This document shows, one piece after another, positions 38,231 through 48,785 of a stretch of DNA of 64,000 bases (its first letter is position 1; the number at the start of each line of letters is the position of its first letter). Source of the DNA: a virus; the IMG/VR virus record IMGVR_UViG_3300025161_000007, positions 3,496 to 67,495 of that record. The stretch is one strand, 5' to 3'. The translations under genes were made by a program, and so were the position numbers. Under the pieces are notes generated by a model. It had not been told where the DNA came from, did no database searches, and was given only the letters and a program-made list of their open reading frames with translations.

Positions 38231-41200
38231 TCACTCCATCGCTCCGCCCATTCGCCTGCCCTGAGCGCCAGATGGCGGCATGGGTGATATATTGCGTGCA
38301 CCATTCATGCTATCCTTGAGATAGTCGATCATATCATCAATCGCATCCTCCCACGCCTTCTGGAATGGCCCATTGGGAGCCAGCGATGCAATGACAAGGT
38401 TCTGATACGATGCCCAGGCATCCTCGATCTGCCGTTGCCGCTCCTTCGTCTTGTCCTGATACGGCCAGACAATCTCCTCGTAGTACTGCTTCTGGCGCTG
38501 GATGTCCTCCAGTTGCCACTCCTCACGCTCTATCTGCGCCTTGCGCTCAGTCTCGCGCATCTGGTCCTCAACCTGGCGCTGCTGGTTGGTGAACTCCATC
38601 TGCTGACGCAGGCGCTCGTCCTGAAGGTCATAGAGCCGGCGCTGTAGCTCGATGATCTTATTGGTCTGCTCCTCCTCAATCTGGTAGACCTGGTCCTGAG
38701 CACCCCACACGATCTGCTGACGCCCGATCACAGTCTGGCGCTGAGTCTCCTCCAGCCCATACATGATCTGAGCGCGCTCCATCTGGCGACGAATCGCCCG
38801 CCGCTCTCTCCCCGTGGAGTAGCGCAGCGCCTCCTGGAGGTCCTCCATGTTCCAGGTGTACTGGAGGCCAGATACTGTCCCCTGGTAGTTCATGTCCTCC
38901 AGCCACCACTGGCGTTGCTGGAGGTCGAGCCCGCGGTTGATCTGGCGAATCCGGCGATTGTCCCCAGCACGCATCTCGAAAATTCTGCGCTGGATAGCGT
39001 TCTCCGCAGAGGCCATGCCAAATTGCCAGTCCTCGTACTGCCTGCTCAGAGCAAGCGATTGATCTTGCAAGGCCCACTGCTGGCGCGTGACCTGCTGCGT
39101 GCGCCCTAGACGAGTGATGTCGATCTGCCACTCGTTGCGCTGGTAAGCACGTTGCTGCCCCATGTACCAGTCTTCCAGCCCACGCATCGCCAGCGTACCA
39201 GCCTGGTAGGCACGCCCACCCGCGAACTCGAACAGCCCACCCCCTCGCAGCGTGTAAGCCTCTGGGGTCATACCAAAGGAGACGTTCATCAGCTTCATGA
39301 GCGTGCTGGCATCCATCTGCCCAGCCGCGCCCATCAGCATCCGATAGACCTCCCCCGACCTCCCGAAGGGGATATTGGCATTCTGTACCAGGTTCGATAT
39401 GAACGAGCCGGTCATCAACTGCGCATGGGGTAGCGCGCTCATGGCCGCGATGTAACTCGTGCTGGCCGCTGTGCCAGGAACGTATCCAAGATTGCCAGCA
39501 ATCCCCATCGCCAGCGGAGCATTGCTCGCCAGCATCATAGCGTTCCCTAGCGAGAGGCCAGAGAGCGCATCGAACCGTCTCTGGAACGCGGGTTGGTTGG
39601 GGGTCAACCCCAACGCGCCAAGATACTGCGAGATGTAGGGAGCCATTTGTGCCAGGCCAGCCACCCTGCTCGCCTGCTGGTTGGCAAGGTTCAGGACAAA
39701 TGTGTCATAGTTGGGCGCGCCAGCCCCAATCCCGCGCGTGTAGGCGATGTTCTGAGCGTAGCCAAGCGCCATGCGCAGGTTTCGCCTCTGGAACCCACCC
39801 ATGCGGCCAAACTGCTCCATCAGCCTGGCATAACGCGGGTCTGTGGGAGAGATCGCCAGGTTCCCCAGCACATCTGCCCCAAACTCGGTATCCTCCATCA
39901 GGCTGAGCAGGTCGCCTTGGGAAAGTGTGGCTACGTTGGCTAGATTGATGCCATATAGCGAGTCACTTCTCGCATACCCATACGTGCCGAGTACGCGCTG
40001 CGCCATCTCTACAATGCCAGGTCCACGCAGCGCCATCTGCTGGTAGACCGGCCAGAACCGACGCTCGATCTCAGGAGAAGTCACATCGAAGCCGGTCATC
40101 TCGGCAAAGCGACGCCGGATTGTGATGTCACCCTCAATACCAGAGCCTGTGATGTGCCCCAGCGTGTTCGAGCCAATCACCTTGCGGATTTGCTCAGTGT
40201 AGCTAAGTGCCCCACCTCCACCAGAGGGCGGTATGTACTCCCCTCTTGTGTATCGCCGGTACTCATCGCTCATGGTGTAATTGATTGTGGCATCCCAGGC
40301 GCTCTTGAGTACGCTATCCCCTCTGGCCTCACGAGCCACTATATCGTCACTGAGCCGCCCAAACTCCCTTAAGATCATGCGCGTATTGGTGACAAGGCTA
40401 GTCGGGTCGAGGGCGCGCAACACAAGACGCTTGAGAGGGCTTGCGCCTGGGTCAGTATCTGCGATTCTAGACGCAGAGTATGTCGTCGTTGCAAGGCCCA
40501 CCAGGGCAGCAGCGGGAGCAACTGTGCTTGCGGCGGCCCCCATTGCTGTGCCAATCAAGCCAACAGAGAGGCCAGTGCCGGCTCCGGCCACAATTGGAGA
40601 TATAGCACGCCCGAACTTGTATGGATCACCTCCAGTACCCAGGAGACTACCATAGATGGTGGTCAGCCCTTCACCAACGCCAGCCTGCCAATTCGCGATA
40701 GACGACTGCATCCCAAGGATGTTGCTGGTGGATGGGGAGACAGGCACGCCAGCCATCGCATAGGCTCCCAGAGCCCCCTCCTCTGCCCTGGAGAAGGCAG
40801 CCATCATCCGCATCTGCGGGCTGACCGCATACCACTGTGCCAGAGAGGTACCAAAGAGTATGAGGCCAGGCTGAGAGACAATCCTGGATAGCATGCGTTG
40901 AGCAGGACCACCCTGCTCCAGCGGAAGCGTGCTGATCTGTCGCCGCAATTTTGCCAGGCGCTTCTGCGCTGCGCCAATCTGGTTGGACTGCTCCAGGTAT
41001 TGCTGGATGGTGGTATCAACCTCCCAAAGCTCGGCCTCAGCTTCAGCCTTCTCTGCCTGGGCTCTGCCGAGAATGCCCTCAGCCCCTTTGGCTGTCCCAC
41101 CTACGCTGAGCCTCTCGATAGTGCTCTTCGCACTCTCAATCGTGTCCATCAGCGACTTGCGGCGATCGCGCAACAGGTCTACCTCAGTCTTAACCGTTGC

Positions 41201-44200
41201 CGACAACTCCCCAAACCGCTTGTTGACAACGTCCAGATTGTCAGCAAGCTCCTTGAGGCCCTTGATGGACCGGCTGTACGACTCTCCCCCCAAGACACGC
41301 GAGAGGATGCCCTTTGGCCTATTCCCAGCCACACCAGCGATCTGCTTCTCAAGGATATCCTCACCAGCAGTCATCTCACCCAGGAGCATATCCCGCTCCT
41401 GCATGGTGTCCTCGACGGTCATGATGGCAGTGTTGATGTATCCCCACTGATCATTGGGGCCAATCTTCCACTTCCAGGGAGCACCTTGCCTGTGCGGGAA
41501 GTTCGTGCGAGGGATCGAGGACCAGGCCGTCTCATTGGGCTTCGCTGGTGGCGGAGTGAACGGAGGCCCATAGAGGGAGGCCGTTGATTGCGTGGCAGGA
41601 TTGTATGGGATAACCGATGTCTCAGGAACTTCTATAGAGTCGCCAGTACCCCCTGCCACGAGCTTGACCATCCCTGGCTGGCTGGATGGGTACACATAGT
41701 AGGCCTTCCCGCCATGCAAGGCCTGCTTGGGCACATTCACATTAGCACCCAACGTTCCCGCAGCCTGTGCAGCCTGTACGTATGGGCTATTGGCCCACCC
41801 CTGAGCATCCAGGGGGTTGTTGAGCACCTCCGCCTTGCCGCCCTCCGGTAAGGCATAGAGGCCGTAGCTGGTCTGCGAGGCAGCGATCGCTACGTTGACC
41901 GTGCGTGTCTGCGGTATCCCATTGACCTCCGAGGTCGTATACCTGGTCTCGGTGCCAATGATCTTCAGGGGCGTGTTGCCCATGAAGATGGTGCTGCCGA
42001 TCTTCTGCTCTCCCTCTGGGGAGATCTTGCCAACCGTGACCGCCATGATTTGATCAACGGGCGCATCCTCAATCCTGAGTGGGTTGACGACGCTGGTCAA
42101 CTGAACTCTATCCAGACCCACGCGACCAGTGACCTGCCAGAGCTCACGGTTGAACAAGTACAACTGGCCAGGTCCAACAGGAGACTGAGGAGAAGGCGAA
42201 GGCTGGGCTGGCGGTGGAGCAGCAGGCGGAGTACCACCAGAGGCAGGTAGTTGTGTGCCACCAGTCGAGTATGTAACGCTCGCTTCGGCAATGCTCTGCG
42301 CGGCCTGAACGGTAGCAGGTTGCGCGGCCTGCTGCGCCTTCTTCCTGCTTCGACTTGGCTTCTTCGCCTTCTGAGCAGGTCCTCCCTGTTGAGCAGAAGT
42401 CTGTAAGGGCAACGGCAACTGCTGGATATTGGTGGAGGAAGTAGCAGATGCAGCCTGAGGAGCAGGCGGAACAGGCGCAGTAGCAGTGGCTGGCGGATTC
42501 ACAATCGCTGCCTGGGCACCTAAGTGCGAGAAGAACGCCTGCCAGTTCCTGTTCCAGGTCTCGTGATACTCGCCAGCAAGCTGCTCCTGCTTGCGCCAGT
42601 ACTGGTTCTTCTCCTCAGGCGTGCTGGCTGCACGCGCCTTCTGGATGTACTCCCTTGACTTCGCCAGGAACTCATCCAGCGCAGTTCTGGCGTCCACAAA
42701 GAATTCTGATGACTCCTTGATTACTTCGGGAGGGACGCCCGCCTGAGGAGCGATGATCTCATTCAACGCACTGATCCTGGCGATCTCATTCTGTAGCGCT
42801 ACCCTGCGCTGCTTGTTGTAGAACTCATAGGCCTCATCCCAGGAGATCGCAGGGTCCGACAAGGCAGCGCTCAACGCCTTGCGAGCCTCACTCATCTCCT
42901 TGAAGTACGACGAGGATGCTCCCTTGATCGCCTTGAGATACCCCTCCATCGTCGGCTCTACGCCCTTGACCAAATCCTCAGGACTTAGCTGAGGAGGCGC
43001 ATCAAGCAACTGTTGCCCAGCAAGTGGTAGCACATCAAGCGGTGGTGGCTCGCTGCTTGCTGCTGAACCAATGCCAACTGGTAGAAGGGGTGGCGGCTCC
43101 ATAGTGCCACGCACTATCCTGGCAATAGACGGGTGCACAGCATAGAGACGGCCCTGCTCAGTAATGGCATCCTTGAGATACTGATAGCCATACTTGAGTA
43201 CGTTCGCAGCCATGCTCGCAAGCTCGCTGAGTCTGAGCGGACGTTTGCTGGTAGCATGTACAGGCAGTTGCTGCTCCCCGCCCCTGAACTTTCGGAAGAA
43301 GCCAGCATCGCGTCTCTCAATGCCGAATGCGCTGGCCAATGCTCTCCCCTCTGGAAGATCACCATATTCGCCAAGCGCAAAGCCGATCTTGGCCGCAATG
43401 TCACCAGGAAGCTCGAACCCCTCCACGGATGCGCCCAGCACGTCGAGAGGGACCGCAACCCCCCTCGTCCACTCAGGAGCGTCCTTGTCCCACCCGGCCG
43501 ACATCGTGGCCAGATCGAACTCCGTTGCGTTTCTGATGTACAGTGCTGCCAGGCGTGCTGCCGCGCCAGGCTTGCGTGGCGGGGGAACATATGGCTTGCT
43601 GGCCTCGATCAGCTGGGATACCATAGCAAGCTGCTCAGGGGGAACACCATCTTCGTCGTACAGACTGGTGAGGTAATCACGACGCCCCTTGATCTTCTCC
43701 CTGGCCCTGGCCAGAGCCTGATCATACCGGCTCATCCCACCAGAGGCCAGAAGCTCTGCGGCATACACATTCGTAAGAGGCTCCCAGGCCTCATCATTGA
43801 GAAGCGTCCCCAGTGGCAACGTCTTCTGTAGTAACGGAGATAATGTGAGAAGGTTCATGCGCGTCCTGGCCAACTCGCCCATGATCGCGCTCTCGGCAAT
43901 AGATGGGTCCTCGGCGATGTACGGCTTGTAACGGTTAGACTCCCTGATGCCAGGAGCAATGTTCGCCAGCATGTTGCGCACCTTCCAGTCTGTAAGCGGC
44001 TCATCGCGAGCACCAGTCATCGAGTAGTAGCGTTGCGAGGAGACATACCCATACTTGTAAGTGCCGTATTTCTTGACTTCCGCGAGGGTTGGCTTGAACC
44101 CGCCTGGCATGACGATTCCCCAATTGGGCGTTCCCTTACCAAACATCCCCCTCGGATAGATCGCGATGCGTCGCGGACCAGGGTTCCCTCTCCCGCCAGC

Positions 44201-47038
44201 CAAAACACTCATAGGGATCGTGTACTCAATGGGCTGGTCTGCGCCAGGAGCCCAGTAACGCGCCTTCGAATAGAACGTGTAGGGTATCCCCTTCTCGTCT
44301 AGCTCGCGGCGCATGTGCATGACTTCATCATCAATCGCCACGTCATTGTCAGTGCTGTAGTCATCAACGGCCGGCCCTGATGGACCAGCGTGCATCCCAG
44401 CCAGCATGTGCCCGGCATAGGCTATCAATCCGGCTGCTCTGGCTTTCTCCCCCTGTGCGGCCAGAACGGGCGCATTCTTAATCATGTTCTGGAAGGCAGT
44501 CCCCACCGCGCCAGGGAGCTTCACGTTGTACGTGCGCCGCATGATCTTAAAGGCCTGGTTCATCCTGGCCGAAGATTCAGCTGGCACATCATTGATCCCC
44601 TCGCGCTGGATGTAGGCAGCCTCGAAGACGCCCTCACGCAGTTCGGGGGGAAGATAGTCGGCATATCCTAAGATGCGATTGAACCGCTCGCGATTGAAGA
44701 TCGTCTCGTAGGATATGGCAGGACGCAGGCTCCTGGCTTTGGCCGACTGCTCGACCAGAGAGCCCTCGTCAATATCCAGAGCCATATCGCCTAAACTGTA
44801 CCTGTCTGCAAGCGATTGCGCCCTCGCGATAGCCCCATACCCAGGCATAAAGTTAGGGTCAATCCGCTCAGCAGGCATCTCAATGTATGGCGCGCCATAG
44901 AAGGCGGTATGTGGTCCAGTCAAGGCTGGCGGCAACTTGTCGCCAGGCCGAATCCCAGCCAGGCGATCTGCTGGCCCGTAAACACGCAGGGTTCCACCGC
45001 GAAGGATCCTATCCAATGACTGCGCAGGGTCCTCAATGTCAAATACCTTCCCGGCCTGGGCCTCCTCCTCAAACATGTAGTTCTCGTCGTCGAAATCGTT
45101 GCCAGCCAGAGCCTCCAGGCTGACAACGCCCCCCTCGCTGCGAGCAGAGGTAACCGCTCTCCTTACAGCAAACTTCACCCTGGTGGCCGCGTAGGGAGCA
45201 AATGAGTAGGGGTTCACATTGCCCCTCTTATCCACACCGGGATCCCATGTGGAGGCTGCCTCAATCAAGGCCAGACGCGCTTCCTGAAGCAAGTCGCCAA
45301 CTGGAACCCCCTTGCCAGTGTGAGGAGCTATCCAGACAGGCAGGTTAGCCATCTCCTGTTCGACAAGCTTATTGCGCAGAGGGTCCAGATGCTTCGTGTA
45401 CTCACGTGCCTGACGGATCGCCTCTAGAGGAACACTGTACCTCCAGACAGGAGATACTCCAGAACGGAAGAGGTAGTACGCATTCTTCTCGCTGGGCACG
45501 GAGAATACCGAATGATCAGGAGACTCTCTGTAGATGTCACGTAAGGCCACGCGAATTCTGGTCGTGTCCTCTGGGTTGGAAACGCCACGCGCGGAGAGCC
45601 TGGCCATGAGATCGGAGGCGCTCTCAGGAGAGAGGCCACTCAACTGCCCACCCTTCATGGCCTGCTGAATATCAGCAATGATCTCATGCTCGTTACGGGG
45701 AACCGCCAGGATCGGGCTGTCAGGATGCTCCTGACGAAACTTCTGGAAGGCCTCTTTGTAGCCAGATAACAGTTGCGCGGCAATCCCAGACTGCTCAAGC
45801 CCACCAGGCTGCGGCGTACCCAAAGTGCTGGGGAAGTCGATGGTCCACGGGAAGTTGATGGAGGCGATGGGTGGGCGGACACTGAAGGGGAACTGTTGCT
45901 TCCCCTGCAAATGTTGGGGAGGCGCAGCACTTTCTGGGTTGACAGATGCCATCATGACAGAGTACAACTGCGCGCTTGATGGCAAGATGGTGCCCGAAAA
46001 AGGACCACGAATAGTATAAGCCCTGGGAATCTCCTCAATGCGCCTTGACAAGTCTTCGAGGAGGGCACGTGGCCATAAAGTTTCCCCGCCAAGCCCCATC
46101 CGATGGAATGTGGCCCCCAGTACAACATTGCTCAGCAGCCCTGCCCAGCGCGGAGAGATGTCTGCCCAACGCGCCAACTCAGGCCTGTCGCGGGCAATGT
46201 CTACAACGGGAAGCAAGGTTTTGTATTTAGGATCACCGCCAAAGATCGCCCTGGCAGCAGCGATCATCTTATCGGGAGAGGTCTTCCACCCAACCATCTC
46301 CCTGATGTAATTCGCAAAGACTGGGAAATACCCCGTCTGCTGGGCGCCAAGGGCGGGGTTGTCAGCCATCCCAACCCCAGCCGTGGCCATAAACCTGTTG
46401 AATGCCTCGCTATTGAGATCTACCTCACTGCGCCATGCGCTCATCGCAGCATAATCGCCACGCAGCAAAGCGCGAGCAAAGCTCTGGAATGTCTTGCTCA
46501 TGGGATTGACATTGCTGCGCCAGGCGCCAAGGAGATCGACAAGGGCCCCAGACTGAACAAAGGCCTTTGTCTCTATGCCTGCCATAACGCTGTTACTGAA
46601 GTTCTCAAGGGCTCCGCTGGTGGACTCGCTACCCGCGTTTATCGGGCTTCTGAATGCGCCGAAGGCGACGGAAAGGCGCCTGACGTAGTCAATGGAATCC
46701 GCTGCCTCGGTCGTTGGACTACGCAACTCTGGAACTCTGGGCCACGGGGCACTCGTGCGCTCCCCGCCAGATTTCCACAACGGAGAAGGCCCACCACCTG
46801 TCTTCCCCAGCTTGGGTTGTGTCTCCTCAACAGTGCCAAAGTCGATCTCCAGACCATGTGGCCCTGTGCTCGGCTCGCTCTCTCTGCCAAGAAACTGCTG
46901 ATAGGCCGTGTAGACGAACTTCTGCATCGTCTTACTGGATGGATCGAAGCTCGAACGCCACGCCTCACGCAGCGTATCAGTCGCAATATTGGAGAGCGCT
47001 ACCCGAAATGTTCCCCTACGCGTCTTTCTCTTTGCCAT
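38231..47038 (-). CDS. Giant tape-measure-like protein with embedded sigma-70 region-2-like segment
   Basis: Follows the frameshifted tail chaperones; C-terminal Q/R/E coiled coils and G/A-rich hydrophobic segments; aa ~554-642 resemble sigma region 2. Confidence 0.75.
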   Translation of the reverse strand: MAKRKTRRGTFRVALSNIATDTLREAWRSSFDPSSKTMQKFVYTAYQQFLGRESEPSTGPHGLEIDFGTVEETQPKLGKTGGGPSPLWKSGGERTSAPWPRVPELRSPTTEAADSIDYVRRLSVAFGAFRSPINAGSESTSGALENFSNSVMAGIETKAFVQSGALVDLLGAWRSNVNPMSKTFQSFARALLRGDYAAMSAWRSEVDLNSEAFNRFMATAGVGMADNPALGAQQTGYFPVFANYIREMVGWKTSPDKMIAAARAIFGGDPKYKTLLPVVDIARDRPELARWADISPRWAGLLSNVVLGATFHRMGLGGETLWPRALLEDLSRRIEEIPRAYTIRGPFSGTILPSSAQLYSVMMASVNPESAAPPQHLQGKQQFPFSVRPPIASINFPWTIDFPSTLGTPQPGGLEQSGIAAQLLSGYKEAFQKFRQEHPDSPILAVPRNEHEIIADIQQAMKGGQLSGLSPESASDLMARLSARGVSNPEDTTRIRVALRDIYRESPDHSVFSVPSEKNAYYLFRSGVSPVWRYSVPLEAIRQAREYTKHLDPLRNKLVEQEMANLPVWIAPHTGKGVPVGDLLQEARLALIEAASTWDPGVDKRGNVNPYSFAPYAATRVKFAVRRAVTSARSEGGVVSLEALAGNDFDDENYMFEEEAQAGKVFDIEDPAQSLDRILRGGTLRVYGPADRLAGIRPGDKLPPALTGPHTAFYGAPYIEMPAERIDPNFMPGYGAIARAQSLADRYSLGDMALDIDEGSLVEQSAKARSLRPAISYETIFNRERFNRILGYADYLPPELREGVFEAAYIQREGINDVPAESSARMNQAFKIMRRTYNVKLPGAVGTAFQNMIKNAPVLAAQGEKARAAGLIAYAGHMLAGMHAGPSGPAVDDYSTDNDVAIDDEVMHMRRELDEKGIPYTFYSKARYWAPGADQPIEYTIPMSVLAGGRGNPGPRRIAIYPRGMFGKGTPNWGIVMPGGFKPTLAEVKKYGTYKYGYVSSQRYYSMTGARDEPLTDWKVRNMLANIAPGIRESNRYKPYIAEDPSIAESAIMGELARTRMNLLTLSPLLQKTLPLGTLLNDEAWEPLTNVYAAELLASGGMSRYDQALARAREKIKGRRDYLTSLYDEDGVPPEQLAMVSQLIEASKPYVPPPRKPGAAARLAALYIRNATEFDLATMSAGWDKDAPEWTRGVAVPLDVLGASVEGFELPGDIAAKIGFALGEYGDLPEGRALASAFGIERRDAGFFRKFRGGEQQLPVHATSKRPLRLSELASMAANVLKYGYQYLKDAITEQGRLYAVHPSIARIVRGTMEPPPLLPVGIGSAASSEPPPLDVLPLAGQQLLDAPPQLSPEDLVKGVEPTMEGYLKAIKGASSSYFKEMSEARKALSAALSDPAISWDEAYEFYNKQRRVALQNEIARISALNEIIAPQAGVPPEVIKESSEFFVDARTALDEFLAKSREYIQKARAASTPEEKNQYWRKQEQLAGEYHETWNRNWQAFFSHLGAQAAIVNPPATATAPVPPAPQAASATSSTNIQQLPLPLQTSAQQGGPAQKAKKPSRSRKKAQQAAQPATVQAAQSIAEASVTYSTGGTQLPASGGTPPAAPPPAQPSPSPQSPVGPGQLYLFNRELWQVTGRVGLDRVQLTSVVNPLRIEDAPVDQIMAVTVGKISPEGEQKIGSTIFMGNTPLKIIGTETRYTTSEVNGIPQTRTVNVAIAASQTSYGLYALPEGGKAEVLNNPLDAQGWANSPYVQAAQAAGTLGANVNVPKQALHGGKAYYVYPSSQPGMVKLVAGGTGDSIEVPETSVIPYNPATQSTASLYGPPFTPPPAKPNETAWSSIPRTNFPHRQGAPWKWKIGPNDQWGYINTAIMTVEDTMQERDMLLGEMTAGEDILEKQIAGVAGNRPKGILSRVLGGESYSRSIKGLKELADNLDVVNKRFGELSATVKTEVDLLRDRRKSLMDTIESAKSTIERLSVGGTAKGAEGILGRAQAEKAEAEAELWEVDTTIQQYLEQSNQIGAAQKRLAKLRRQISTLPLEQGGPAQRMLSRIVSQPGLILFGTSLAQWYAVSPQMRMMAAFSRAEEGALGAYAMAGVPVSPSTSNILGMQSSIANWQAGVGEGLTTIYGSLLGTGGDPYKFGRAISPIVAGAGTGLSVGLIGTAMGAAASTVAPAAALVGLATTTYSASRIADTDPGASPLKRLVLRALDPTSLVTNTRMILREFGRLSDDIVAREARGDSVLKSAWDATINYTMSDEYRRYTRGEYIPPSGGGGALSYTEQIRKVIGSNTLGHITGSGIEGDITIRRRFAEMTGFDVTSPEIERRFWPVYQQMALRGPGIVEMAQRVLGTYGYARSDSLYGINLANVATLSQGDLLSLMEDTEFGADVLGNLAISPTDPRYARLMEQFGRMGGFQRRNLRMALGYAQNIAYTRGIGAGAPNYDTFVLNLANQQASRVAGLAQMAPYISQYLGALGLTPNQPAFQRRFDALSGLSLGNAMMLASNAPLAMGIAGNLGYVPGTAASTSYIAAMSALPHAQLMTGSFISNLVQNANIPFGRSGEVYRMLMGAAGQMDASTLMKLMNVSFGMTPEAYTLRGGGLFEFAGGRAYQAGTLAMRGLEDWYMGQQRAYQRNEWQIDITRLGRTQQVTRQQWALQDQSLALSRQYEDWQFGMASAENAIQRRIFEMRAGDNRRIRQINRGLDLQQRQWWLEDMNYQGTVSGLQYTWNMEDLQEALRYSTGRERRAIRRQMERAQIMYGLEETQRQTVIGRQQIVWGAQDQVYQIEEEQTNKIIELQRRLYDLQDERLRQQMEFTNQQRQVEDQMRETERKAQIEREEWQLEDIQRQKQYYEEIVWPYQDKTKERQRQIEDAWASYQNLVIASLAPNGPFQKAWEDAIDDMIDYLKDSMNGARNISPMPPSGAQGRRMGGAME

Positions 47039-47076
47039 ATCACACTTCCCATGCGGGAATCAGTCCCCTATTAGAC

Positions 47077-47104
47077 AACTAGCCGTCACATGTGACGGCT
47101 AGTT
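47077..47104. repeat. Perfect 28-bp palindrome
   Basis: AACTAGCCGTCACA|TGTGACGGCTAGTT. Confidence 0.9.
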
Positions 47105-47371
47105 ACCACTGAGAGCTTTCTTGATCGCTGTCTTGTCCGACAGCCCCTTCCTGATCGCCGGAAAGACCACCGCGGTTACCAACCACGGCTGGTCCATCAG
47201 CCCGCCCGCGACCAGTGGAATCCCATACTCCTTCAGGGCCAGGAAGGTCTCCTCAAGGGAGAGCAGGTCATCGTCCTCCCTCTCGCTGATGATCTTGAGG
47301 ACGATCTCGTCACGCAACTGCGTGAGATCGGCCTGGCCTACGATCCTGCGTAGAGACTCTACGGGTTTGGG
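47099..47371 (-). CDS. Tail assembly chaperone, -1 frameshift extension (gpT-like)
   Basis: Slippery C CCA AAC at 47371-47365; the -1 frame continues PKPVESL...GGLMDQPW. Confidence 0.75.
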   Translation of the reverse strand, partial: PKPVESLRRIVGQADLTQLRDEIVLKIISEREDDDLLSLEETFLALKEYGIPLVAGGLMDQPWLVTAVVFPAIRKGLSDKTAIKKALSGN

Positions 47372-47751
47372 CGGGCAGTGATGTCCCACTGCGGATTCAT
47401 CTGAAGCACGAACCCGTAGATCTCATAGATCATCTCCGGTGGCATCGCTCCCAGACGGGCCATGAACTCTTCCTCGCTCATGTCCCTGGTCAGGTACGGC
47501 TTTCCATTCTCATCCTTGATGTTGGTGGCCTCGAAGGTGCGCCAGATGCGCAGTTGCACTGGCTCCAGCACACCCTTGCTCACCTCACGGATGGGAACAC
47601 CTTCAACGTAGCGCACCTGATAACCGGCATTCAGACGCTGGTCGAGGAACGCTTCATCAGCCCAAGTCGTCGGGCGCACCGTCCAGGTCAGGGACGGATC
47701 GCGCTCGAACTTGAACTCCCTCGGAACGATGCTACCATAAGCGCCAAACAT
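47359..47751 (-). CDS. Tail assembly chaperone (gpG-like)
   Basis: Between tail tube and tape measure; ends at the slippery site. Confidence 0.75.
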   Translation of the reverse strand: MFGAYGSIVPREFKFERDPSLTWTVRPTTWADEAFLDQRLNAGYQVRYVEGVPIREVSKGVLEPVQLRIWRTFEATNIKDENGKPYLTRDMSEEEFMARLGAMPPEMIYEIYGFVLQMNPQWDITARPNP

Positions 47752-47773
47752 CAGCTTCTCCTCCTATCTTAGA

Positions 47774-48781
47774 TTAGTTGTAGTCCGACCTGGCGTTCTG
47801 CAAGACCGCCTTGATCGGCGACGAATTGCCAGTCATGATGAACGTGCCATTCAAGACCATCATCTGCGTTGTATCACCCGCCGAGTTCACAACCGGCTCA
47901 GCCGCCCAGACCGTGTTCCCGCCGCTGTCAACGGAGATCACAAGAGACTCGGTATTCGCTGCAGTCACCGTCTTCAAGGTCATGGTGAACGATGTGCTCT
48001 TGAGCGGCGTCACGCTTGGATCGGTACTACTGACAGTGCCATACATGGCTTGCCTGTACGTGTTGTAATCATCCAGCCGTGTCACCAGGCGGATCGTGAC
48101 CGTGCGCATGGCAACATCGACATCATCAGGGTAGTAGCTGCCGATAATGAACTCGTTGTTAACCGTCAGGCCATTGGCGATGGTCAGCGAGGCCGCAATC
48201 GGCTTCAGTGTGATATTGGAATCCGGCGAAGTAAGTGCCGACGTGCACGAGATGAACGGATTCGTCGCATCGAGGGTCCCAGCAGCCCACGTTGACGTAA
48301 CAACAGATGGCTTGAGACCTACAAATGCGGCCGATGCCGTTACGATGTCAGATGCCTGCGCGTTGATCACCAACGTATCGAGCCGGCTGTCAGCCATACG
48401 CTCCCAGCCAAGGCTGGAAACCCTGCGCATGATGGATAGATATGGGATACTCGTGAAGTCCGACGCATTCCACGTAAACGTGTGCGTATATGGACCCGTA
48501 CCAGAGACACTCGCGAACCCCAAAGCGGCCTTCAGCAATACACCGATTCCACTCACGCGCGGGACGAAGTCCAACGATCCGCCCGCGTAGAAGCCAGTCG
48601 TCACAACGTCACGGATCGTTGGCACACCCCCAGCCTCCACGGGCAGAGGACGCCGCATCCCAATTGGACCAACGCTGGCCCCCGTGAAGGGAAGGTAGGT
48701 GTAGTTTGCCGTTGTGGTGACAGCCGTCCCCTTCGCCGTCTGAAACGCGAACCCAAGATAAGATGCTAATGGACTAGCCAT
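47774..48781 (-). CDS. Major tail tube protein
   Basis: T/S-rich; YLGFAFQTAKGT; GPYTHTFT; gene position. Confidence 0.8.
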   Translation of the reverse strand: MASPLASYLGFAFQTAKGTAVTTTANYTYLPFTGASVGPIGMRRPLPVEAGGVPTIRDVVTTGFYAGGSLDFVPRVSGIGVLLKAALGFASVSGTGPYTHTFTWNASDFTSIPYLSIMRRVSSLGWERMADSRLDTLVINAQASDIVTASAAFVGLKPSVVTSTWAAGTLDATNPFISCTSALTSPDSNITLKPIAASLTIANGLTVNNEFIIGSYYPDDVDVAMRTVTIRLVTRLDDYNTYRQAMYGTVSSTDPSVTPLKSTSFTMTLKTVTAANTESLVISVDSGGNTVWAAEPVVNSAGDTTQMMVLNGTFIMTGNSSPIKAVLQNARSDYN

Positions 48782-48785
48782 AGTT

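Noticed and set aside
38231-47038. Virion RNA polymerase (N4/crAss-like)
   Set aside because: No DxDGD or T7-type motifs seen (NDFDDE does not fit); position and C-terminus fit a tape measure protein.
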